Below are positions 27,292 through 34,514 of a stretch of DNA of 34,514 bases, piece after piece. The stretch is from Candidatus Saccharimonadota bacterium (lineage in GTDB: Bacteria; Patescibacteriota; Saccharimonadia; Saccharimonadales; UBA4665): positions 1 through 34,514 of the forward strand of contig JARIHB010000166.1 of NCBI GenBank assembly GCA_029288515.1. Direction: 5' to 3'. The notes below the pieces were generated by a model. It did not search any database. It was not told where the DNA came from and was given only the letters and a program-made list of their open reading frames with translations. Position 1 is the first letter of the stretch. The number at the start of each line of letters is the position of its first letter. A program made the position numbers and the translations under genes.

Positions 27292-27654
27292 GTGGCTTCT
27301 AAAATTCTTGTTGTGGAAGATGACGCGTTTTTGTTAAAGGCATATAAGTTTAAGCTTGAAAAGGCCGGCTTTGAAATTCAAGTTGCTACTAATGGCGAGG
27401 ACGCGCTAAAAGTACTTGATACGTTTCCGGCACAGGTCGTCCTGCTGGACCTGGTTATGCCGCGTAAGGACGGCTTCGCTACCCTCGAAGAGATACGCAA
27501 GCGGCCAGAGCTAAAAGACCTGCCGGTATATGTTGTAAGCAACTTAGGTCAGAAAGAAGAAATCGACCGGGTTATGGCGCTGGGCGCCACAGATTGCCTT
27601 ATTAAAAGCAATCTGTCGATGGACGACCTGGTAAAAAAGATTCAGGCTATCTAG
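27292..27654 (+). CDS. Single-domain response regulator (receiver)
   Basis: KILVVEDD, LLDLVMPRKDG, VVSNL and LIKS motifs. Confidence 0.93.
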   Translation: MASKILVVEDDAFLLKAYKFKLEKAGFEIQVATNGEDALKVLDTFPAQVVLLDLVMPRKDGFATLEEIRKRPELKDLPVYVVSNLGQKEEIDRVMALGATDCLIKSNLSMDDLVKKIQAI

Positions 27655-27668
27655 GCGCCCGCGCCAGC

Positions 27669-28880
27669 TTATTCGCGGCGCAGGGCATCTATGGGGTTAA
27701 TGCGGGCTGCACGACGGGCCGGTAGATAGACCACTATCATACCCACCAGCAACATGAAGGCGATCATACCAAGTACCAGCCACCACGGTGTGGCAAACAG
27801 CTGGAAATGCTCGGTTACGCCGCGATGAGCAGCAAAAATATTCATGGCCAGAGTAATTATCTGGCCAAGCACAATCGCACAGACAATACCCAATACAGCG
27901 CCGGCAACCGATAGCAGCATGGCCTCGAATATAAACAGCTTACGCATATCCCGGTTGCGGCCGCCCAGCGTTACCATCAAGCCGATCTCTTTAGTTCGTT
28001 CCAACAGAGAAATAGTTAACGTGTTAAACATTCCCAACACTGCCACGATCATGCCAATCCCGCCAAAGCCCGCCAGAATAACGTTAAAGAAAGTGAAGAT
28101 TTGATTAATCTGATCAATGGTGTCGATCGGTGAGGTGGTAACGAAGCCAAGGCTTTCGATTTGCTTGCGCATGGTGCTAACGTTAGGGGTTTGGTCAACT
28201 TCAATTTTGACCTGCTTGAAGGCGGGTACGCCGGCGTCGGTAAACACCGCCCCCGGCAGGTATAGCTCGTTACCGCCCTCGGTATCAACAACGCCGGCAA
28301 TGGTGAATGTCCCTTTTACAGAGTCACGGGCCGCACTGCTCAAAGGAACGTCCACCGATACCTCTTTGCCAATGGCAGTCTTTGGGTTGGTGATGCCGAT
28401 GGCTTTGACGGCTGTAATATTCAGCATTATAGTCGAACGGTCATCGCTGCGCAGCTGGCGGCCGGCAGCCATAGCCGTATTGCTCATTTGCTGATAGCTG
28501 CTGTCTTGGCCATAAGCAATCGCGTCAACTTCGCTGCCGTGCGACTTCAAGCTGGCCGCGAATGAGTACATAGCACCTGCGCGCACCACATGTGGCAGGT
28601 CACGCATTTTGGTAAAGCTGGACTGATCAAGTTTTATGATCTTGGAATTAGATGACGTGACATCTATCGACTTCACCGACTGATTGCCCAACACTTGGCT
28701 GGTGACGAGCCGTTGCAGCCCGATACCAAATGACAGCAGAAAGAATATGGCCCCGATGCCGATAACCACACCAAAAACAGTTAAAAAGGCCCGTAGTTTT
28801 TTATGGGTAAGGTTGCGCCAGGCCATATATAGCAGCACGCGTGTAGGTATGATATTGGGATTGCGGAACGTCTTTTTCAT
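27669..28880 (-). CDS. ABC transporter permease, MacB/FtsX family
   Basis: N-terminal [15 protein letters not shown], a large extracytoplasmic loop, [13 protein letters not shown], and C-terminal [17 protein letters not shown]. Confidence 0.93.
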   Translation of the reverse strand: MKKTFRNPNIIPTRVLLYMAWRNLTHKKLRAFLTVFGVVIGIGAIFFLLSFGIGLQRLVTSQVLGNQSVKSIDVTSSNSKIIKLDQSSFTKMRDLPHVVRAGAMYSFAASLKSHGSEVDAIAYGQDSSYQQMSNTAMAAGRQLRSDDRSTIMLNITAVKAIGITNPKTAIGKEVSVDVPLSSAARDSVKGTFTIAGVVDTEGGNELYLPGAVFTDAGVPAFKQVKIEVDQTPNVSTMRKQIESLGFVTTSPIDTIDQINQIFTFFNVILAGFGGIGMIVAVLGMFNTLTISLLERTKEIGLMVTLGGRNRDMRKLFIFEAMLLSVAGAVLGIVCAIVLGQIITLAMNIFAAHRGVTEHFQLFATPWWLVLGMIAFMLLVGMIVVYLPARRAARINPIDALRRE

Positions 28881-28882
28881 AG

Positions 28883-29677
28883 TTACTGCCTGTTATACCT
28901 GTTGAGCCGCTGCTGCATTTGGGCCAGCAGCTCGTCGGTCGCTTTTTTGATAGACTCGTGCTGCAACACTTCAACCTGGCCGTCTTGGATATGGATGAGG
29001 TGGTCGGCAAGCGGTAAAAATTCCATGTTGTGGGTAACCAGAATAATCGTCCGGTTGTTTTCTTTTTGGGCGCGCTGCAATAGGCCCATAATCTTATCGC
29101 CGTTAGCGCTGTCCAGGCTGCCGGTCGGCTCGTCTGCGATAATAAACAGCGGGCTGCTGGCAAGCGCGCGAGCCATAGCAATCCGTTGTTGCTCACCGCC
29201 CGATAATAGCGTGGGATATTTGTTGGCGTAGCCGCCCATCTCCACCTCCTCCAGGGCAAACTGCGCAACTTCGGACGCCCGGGCACGAGAGTAGCCCAAA
29301 AAGTACAGAGGCAGCGAAACATTCTCCAGGACGTTCAGACTTTGCACCCAGTAATTCGACTGGTATACAATGCCCAGCCGGGTGGCCCGGAAAAAGGCCA
29401 GCTCGTCGGACGATAGCTTATACACTTCCCGGTCGTCGAACAGCACCGTGCCGGTCGTGGGCCGCTGCAGGCCGGTAAGAATATTTAACAGCGTGGATTT
29501 GCCGCTGCCGGACGGGCCGTAAATGATATTGAAGCTGCTCTCTAACAGTTCAAAATTGGCATCCTTGATAGGCGTGACGGTTTCGTCGCCTACAACGAAC
29601 TGCTGCGTGACATTGGTGGCCTTTACGATAATCCGGCCACGTGGTGAGGCTTGTGATGGTGATGCACTTGCGTCCAT
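28883..29677 (-). CDS. ABC transporter ATP-binding protein, LolD/MacB type
   Basis: [33 protein letters not shown] and VTHN motifs. Confidence 0.95.
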   Translation of the reverse strand: MDASASPSQASPRGRIIVKATNVTQQFVVGDETVTPIKDANFELLESSFNIIYGPSGSGKSTLLNILTGLQRPTTGTVLFDDREVYKLSSDELAFFRATRLGIVYQSNYWVQSLNVLENVSLPLYFLGYSRARASEVAQFALEEVEMGGYANKYPTLLSGGEQQRIAMARALASSPLFIIADEPTGSLDSANGDKIMGLLQRAQKENNRTIILVTHNMEFLPLADHLIHIQDGQVEVLQHESIKKATDELLAQMQQRLNRYNRQ

Positions 29678-29679
29678 AT

Positions 29680-32600
29680 TTAGAACCCGAATACTTTCTT
29701 TAGGCTGCTAAGTACAATGGTCAGCACGTTATCGGAAGCCCGGCCGATAATAGCCGATTGCGTATCACCCTTGCCAGCGTTGCCGGCCTTATCGCGCGAT
29801 ACCGGCTGCACGCTGTACACCTTGCTGGTGGGCAAGTCCGACACGATAACGATATGCTCGAACGATAGCCCGGTGTCCTCGGCGGTACGATTATTGAAGG
29901 CGATGGCGGCCGAGCCTTCGGCAAACGCCACCTGGCTGGTTGACGGTTCATCGGTATGCCACGAGACAACGACCTGGCCGCGGGCTTCGGCGCCCGTACC
30001 GCGAATGGACGATTCGACAGTCACATTGCTGATCTTCGGCGGCCGGGTGTCAAGCGCTGTGTGGAAGGTTTGCCGGTCGGAAACAGCTACATTTCCGGAA
30101 GCGTCGCTAGATGTGGCAAACAGGAAGTATTCGCTGTCATCTTCCAGATCGCGAATGATCATAGTGTGGTCGGTAGTCATCGCCGGGTCGGCGGTCTCGG
30201 CACCGGTAGTACCGGTCTTGCCATAGGTAATGCGCGAGGTGGAAGGTACGTTTGTTTGCCAGGTAACCTGCTGGGTGCTGGTGGGCTCCCCAAGCACCGG
30301 CTGGAAACGGACATTAGTAATGCGTGGCCGTGGCGGCGTAGTGAACGAGAATATGCTGCCTTCGTAGGCATTACCTTCGGAATCGTAGGCCACAAGCTTA
30401 TAGAAATACTTTGTGCCGTCTTCAAGGCCGTTTATGTTAACACTATACGTCGATTCTATTGTGGCGGTATTAAGCGACTTGATGCCGCCGAAACCCTCAC
30501 TCTTGCCGTACAGTAATGTCACTTTAGTGGCGTTCTTGGAGGTGAATTGCACTGTTGCATCAGATAGCGTAATGGCGTGAGTGGTAATTTCTTTTAGGAT
30601 AGGCGGCGGGGAAGTAGTGAAGGTGTACTCCTGGCTGGTGCCGGTGTTGCCGTCTTCGTCGGTCCATTTTGCAACATAGTAATAGGTGGTGCCGGGGCTG
30701 AGGTTGTCGAGATCAATTTGATGAGCGGTAACCTGCGAAGAATTACCAACTTCGGAGGGGCTGTAATGCCCGCTTGACGTTCCCAGCGCAATCTTTGAAT
30801 CGCTACCGCGGTCGGTAGCCCAGCTGATAGTAGCCCTCTTGGTGGTGATACCGCTGGCGGCCGGCTCGCCCACCAGATTGGCCGCTGAGGTAAATTTTCC
30901 TGTCGGTAATTGGTCGGCAGTAGCACTGAAGGCGCCGCAGTTGTTGGTGCTGTCGCAGGCCTTTACCTGATAGTAGTACCGCTGCTGGCTCAGATTGGCA
31001 TCGATGTACGTAGTACTAGAGCTGGAGCCGACCGGGTTAAAGGTGACATTGTCTGTGGAACGGTACACCTTGTACGAGGCAATGCCGGCGCCGATATTGC
31101 TTGGCACATCCCATGTAAGCGCCAACCGCCAGTTGCTTGTGGCTTTAATGGATACGTCGACCACGTCAACGTTCAACGGAATACCAGGCGCTGTAGTATT
31201 GGCCGTAAAGCTCACGGACGTGTAGCTGGAGTAGTTAATACTGTTTGATTCGTCGCGTGCCACAACGTAGAACATATTCCCTCCAGGCTGTGTGGCATAC
31301 GGCCCGGCGCCGAGTGATGTTACACCCGGACTCGTAAAGGTGCATGACTGGTCTGACGGCAAGGTGTTGACTGTATAACAGTAGGTAATATTCGAGGCAC
31401 TTCCCACGAACGTGGCCGGCGCCGACCAGCTGAATGCAAACGAGTTCGTAGTATTGCTGGATGGCGTGGCAACAACTGACTGCGGCTCTGACGGCGCGCC
31501 GTTGGTGTTTACCTTTAAGGCCGCAGTAGCATACGTAAGCGTTACGTTGCCGGCCTGATCCCAGGTACGGAAGTATATGGTGTTGACGCCTTCTTGCAGA
31601 TCCGGAAAGTCAGGTGAGTTTTGCGTAGTATATGAGCCGTCGTTGGCCAGCAGGTCGCCCATGTCGCCCGTACCACTGTGTGCATCGCCATACCAGGTGC
31701 CGGCGGTGCCGATACGGTACTGCAATCCGGCAAGCCCGGAAGCCGCGTCGCTTGGAGCATTACCGCCGCTGGTCGGCCACGTGAGGGTGTTGGTTTTAGT
31801 GTTTACAAAGCCGGACGGAGCAGTAATAAATCCGGGATTCACCGGCGGTGTGTCGTCGAAGCGGAAGTGGAATTCAATGCTGGTAGCCGAGAGATTGCCG
31901 GCATTGTCCATCGGCTTAAGAATAAGGTAATACGGAGATGTTGAGGTGGTTAACGGCAGTCCGAGCGCGCCAGGCGTCGCCAAGTCCAGCTGCGTGTCAG
32001 TCACCAGGTACTGACAAAAACCGCCATCCTGATTGGGACTATTCCCCAAAAGTCCTTTGGTAGTTGCCGGATCAGCGGTGTTATCGGTGCCCAGATAGGC
32101 ACAGTAGCCCCTTACGCCGGAACCCACATCAGAGCCAGCAGTCCAGCTGAAGTACGGCGAGCCGCCATTGGTCCAGGCGTTGGAGGCCAGGCTACTGCCG
32201 CCGGCGGCTTTGAGGGCGCTGATGGACATGCCAGTGGTCTGCGGGGCAGTTGTATCCGATGTGGATAATAGCGTCAAGCTGTTGAGCGTTACCTGCTGGC
32301 TGCCATTACCGCTCAACACTGCTTGCCAGGTAATACCATGGAAGGTTACCGGGAAGGAGGCGATATTCGTATTCACTGTTGCTACATCGTTGGCTTGCGT
32401 CGTAGAAGCCGACAAGACCCATCCGCTACCGTTCCAATATTTCCAGTTCGCGCCATCGTCGTCTGATAAACGATAGGTGATGGTGCCGCCATTAGGCGTC
32501 TCGTTGGAAGTAAAGTTATCCCAGTGCCAGACGCTGTTCCGGCGCACGCCGGTACCTAGCGTTACGGTTTGAGGTGTAGCGGCGAAGGGTTTGGCCGTAA

Positions 32601-34476
32601 ACGAACTACGGGCGGTGTTGCTAATGCGTACTTCGTCGATGGAACCGGCGAAATACCCCTGCGCCCACCCCGATTCAGACGAAAAACCGCCCAGTGTCGA
32701 ACCGATAAGCAACGGCTGGTCGGTGTCCGGGAGTGTAAGCGCGGCTGCTGTCTGAGCATTGAGCGTGCCATCTATATAAAGTTTCATGGTTGTACCGTCG
32801 TACGTAGCAGCAATATGGTGCCAGTTTGTATCCTGGCCCACGGTAGCCGACTGCAGGAAGCCGTTATTGCCATATGACCACACCTGGGCATCAGCGTTGG
32901 GGGAGTTACCTAGGCCTGCGTACAGCTTACCCTTGTATACTGCCATACTCTGCACTGTTTCGATAACGTTTGCACCCCAGCTGGAATTAAGGCCGCCGCC
33001 GCCGATTTTGGTCCAGGTGCCGGCATCATAGCTCCATACCTCACCGTCGCCCGCCGTATTACCCAGGCCGGCGTATATCACACCATTGTATACGGCCAGC
33101 GTCTTCAGTTGCTCGTACTGGCCGTCGGCCCAGCTGCTCGCTATGCCGTCGCCGCCGATTTGTGTCCAGGTGGTGCCGTTATATTCCCAGAGCTCGGCGT
33201 CGCCGGTGCTGTTGCCCAGGCCAGCATAGAGCTTGCCATCATAGGGCACCATGGATTCAACCTGCTCGTAAACAGTATTCCAACTGCTGTTCAGCCCGTC
33301 GCCGCCAACCTTAGCCCAAGCCGTACCATTCCAGCGCCAGACTTCGGCATCTCCCGCACTCACGCCAAGGCCGGCATAGAGGTTACTGCCGTACACCGCC
33401 AGCGAGCTGACTCGTTCAAAGTTCGTTGTCCACCCGCTGTTTAGGCTGTCACCGCCGATTTTGGTCCAGGTGCTGCCATTGTATCGCCAGACTTCGGCAT
33501 CGTTGGCCGAGTTCCCCAGGCCGGCATATAACGCGCCATTGTACGTGGCCATAGAGTACACTTCTTCATAATTAGTGGTCCAGCCGCTATTCAGGCTGTC
33601 ACCGCCTACTTGTGTCCAGGTAGTGCCGTCAAAGCGCCAGACTTCGGCATCGTTGGCGGTGGTGCCGAGGCCGGCGTACAGGTTGCCGCCAAAGCTGATC
33701 AAACTCATAACGTTTTCGTATGTCGTAGCCGGCCAGCTGCTGTTCACCCCTTGGCCACCAACAATCTGCCAGGTAGTGCCGTCAAAGCGCCAAACCATGG
33801 CATTGCCGGCTACGGTATTACCGGTGCCGGCATATAAGTAGTCACCGGAGACTGTCATGGTTTCGATGTCTTGCAGGTTAAAATAGCCCCAACTTTTGTT
33901 TATATATCCGCCGCCGATGCGCGTCCAGGTGGTGCCGTTGTACGTCCACACTTCGGCGTTATTGCCCGTAGCCACCAGACCGGCATAGAGCGTTGAGCCG
34001 TTGTACGTCAGCGAGTTGACTTGTGTGTGCGTATTCGTAAAGCTGCCGTTTAACGCATCACCGCCGATCTTGGTCCAAGTGCCTGACGTCAGCTTCCACA
34101 CCTCGTTATCACCGGCGGTCGTGCCGAGGCCGGCGTACAAGCTGGTGCCGTCATCGGTAAAGCTATAAACTCCCTCGTACGAGGTGCTATCCCACGAAGA
34201 GTTCAGCGTATCGCCGCCGACTTGCGCCCAGGTGGTGCCGTTATATTCCCACACCTCAGCGTCACCGGCGGTCGTGCCGAGGCCGGCGTACAGTTTGCTA
34301 TTAAACCATCGCATGCTGACCACGGTCTCGTAGGTAGATGCCGCCCAGCTGGAACTTAGGGCGTCGCCGCCGATTTGTGTCCAGGTGGTGCCCGTTAGCC
34401 GCCAAACGTCAGCGTCGCCAGCAGTATTGCCAAAACCTACATACAGATTTGTGCCATCGTTTGACATGCTGTACAC
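29680..34476 (-). CDS. Giant cell-surface protein (5'-truncated): beta-propeller-like repeats, LamG-like part, several FN3/Ig-like domains
   Basis: At least 1598 codons open up to the adapter junction; 11 repeats of about 50 aa; WHHIAATYDG...LYIDG...GSIDEVRIS (LamG); FN3-like blocks such as LSPGTTYYYV and LEDGTKYFYKL; Thr/Ser/Gly-rich. Confidence 0.9.
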   Translation of the reverse strand: MYSMSNDGTNLYVGFGNTAGDADVWRLTGTTWTQIGGDALSSSWAASTYETVVSMRWFNSKLYAGLGTTAGDAEVWEYNGTTWAQVGGDTLNSSWDSTSYEGVYSFTDDGTSLYAGLGTTAGDNEVWKLTSGTWTKIGGDALNGSFTNTHTQVNSLTYNGSTLYAGLVATGNNAEVWTYNGTTWTRIGGGYINKSWGYFNLQDIETMTVSGDYLYAGTGNTVAGNAMVWRFDGTTWQIVGGQGVNSSWPATTYENVMSLISFGGNLYAGLGTTANDAEVWRFDGTTWTQVGGDSLNSGWTTNYEEVYSMATYNGALYAGLGNSANDAEVWRYNGSTWTKIGGDSLNSGWTTNFERVSSLAVYGSNLYAGLGVSAGDAEVWRWNGTAWAKVGGDGLNSSWNTVYEQVESMVPYDGKLYAGLGNSTGDAELWEYNGTTWTQIGGDGIASSWADGQYEQLKTLAVYNGVIYAGLGNTAGDGEVWSYDAGTWTKIGGGGLNSSWGANVIETVQSMAVYKGKLYAGLGNSPNADAQVWSYGNNGFLQSATVGQDTNWHHIAATYDGTTMKLYIDGTLNAQTAAALTLPDTDQPLLIGSTLGGFSSESGWAQGYFAGSIDEVRISNTARSSFTAKPFAATPQTVTLGTGVRRNSVWHWDNFTSNETPNGGTITYRLSDDDGANWKYWNGSGWVLSASTTQANDVATVNTNIASFPVTFHGITWQAVLSGNGSQQVTLNSLTLLSTSDTTAPQTTGMSISALKAAGGSSLASNAWTNGGSPYFSWTAGSDVGSGVRGYCAYLGTDNTADPATTKGLLGNSPNQDGGFCQYLVTDTQLDLATPGALGLPLTTSTSPYYLILKPMDNAGNLSATSIEFHFRFDDTPPVNPGFITAPSGFVNTKTNTLTWPTSGGNAPSDAASGLAGLQYRIGTAGTWYGDAHSGTGDMGDLLANDGSYTTQNSPDFPDLQEGVNTIYFRTWDQAGNVTLTYATAALKVNTNGAPSEPQSVVATPSSNTTNSFAFSWSAPATFVGSASNITYCYTVNTLPSDQSCTFTSPGVTSLGAGPYATQPGGNMFYVVARDESNSINYSSYTSVSFTANTTAPGIPLNVDVVDVSIKATSNWRLALTWDVPSNIGAGIASYKVYRSTDNVTFNPVGSSSSTTYIDANLSQQRYYYQVKACDSTNNCGAFSATADQLPTGKFTSAANLVGEPAASGITTKRATISWATDRGSDSKIALGTSSGHYSPSEVGNSSQVTAHQIDLDNLSPGTTYYYVAKWTDEDGNTGTSQEYTFTTSPPPILKEITTHAITLSDATVQFTSKNATKVTLLYGKSEGFGGIKSLNTATIESTYSVNINGLEDGTKYFYKLVAYDSEGNAYEGSIFSFTTPPRPRITNVRFQPVLGEPTSTQQVTWQTNVPSTSRITYGKTGTTGAETADPAMTTDHTMIIRDLEDDSEYFLFATSSDASGNVAVSDRQTFHTALDTRPPKISNVTVESSIRGTGAEARGQVVVSWHTDEPSTSQVAFAEGSAAIAFNNRTAEDTGLSFEHIVIVSDLPTSKVYSVQPVSRDKAGNAGKGDTQSAIIGRASDNVLTIVLSSLKKVFGF
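32870..34476 (-). repeat. Tandem coding repeats of about 150 bp (about 50 aa), 11 units with the first partial
   Basis: Consensus W-T-x-[IV]-G-G-D-x-L-N-S-S-W-x(4-5)-Y-E-x-V-x-S-[ML]-x(3)-G-x-L-Y-A-G-L-G-x(4)-D-A-E-V-W-x-Y-N-G-T-T. Confidence 0.9.
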
Positions 34477-34514
34477 CTGTCTCTTATACACATCTGACGC
34501 TGCCGACGATAAGG
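34477..34514 (+). other. Illumina Nextera adapter read-through (assembly artefact)
   Basis: CTGTCTCTTATACACATCT (Tn5 mosaic end, 34477-34495) followed by GACGCTGCCGACGA (34496-34509) and TAAGG (probably the start of the index), at the contig end. Confidence 0.97.

Noticed and set aside
3593-33841. Many alternative-frame and antisense ORFs in the track (e.g. 3593-4387, 10975-11577, 20545-21288, 29956-30516)
   Set aside because: They overlap better-supported genes and lack motifs or start signals; they are expected shadow ORFs.
32870-34476. Regularly spaced DNA repeats resembling a CRISPR array
   Set aside because: The repeats are degenerate, about 150 bp in period, in frame within a protein and vary at synonymous positions; no cas genes are present.
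34477-34495. Tn5/IS50 end suggesting a transposon insertion
   Set aside because: It is the synthetic mosaic end followed by the Nextera adapter at the contig end, and no transposase is present.

Overview
This window is gene-dense bacterial DNA in the standard genetic code (TGA is used as stop). The gene content and style fit a CPR/Patescibacteria genome, probably Saccharibacteria (inference). Recognisable genes are a tRNA-Gln(TTG), a MarR/VOC pair, a DrrAB-like ABC exporter, UDP-glucose dehydrogenase, two stand-alone response regulators, an SGNH hydrolase, a YHYH protein, a beta-helix protein, a secreted tandem B-lectin/M15-like peptidase, and a giant repeat surface protein coupled to a MacB/LolD-type ABC system. 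The most striking feature is about 12 soluble orphan proteins of 350-450 aa, most with acidic, Pro/Gly/aromatic-rich, disordered-looking N-termini. Eight fall into two tandem paralog arrays (family A, 3 copies; family B, 5 copies), and many have their own leaderless-type -10 promoter. They are a candidate diversified effector repertoire of an epibiont. The last 38 nt are Nextera adapter read-through, so the MYKRQ start of the large ORF is an artefact and that gene is 5'-truncated.
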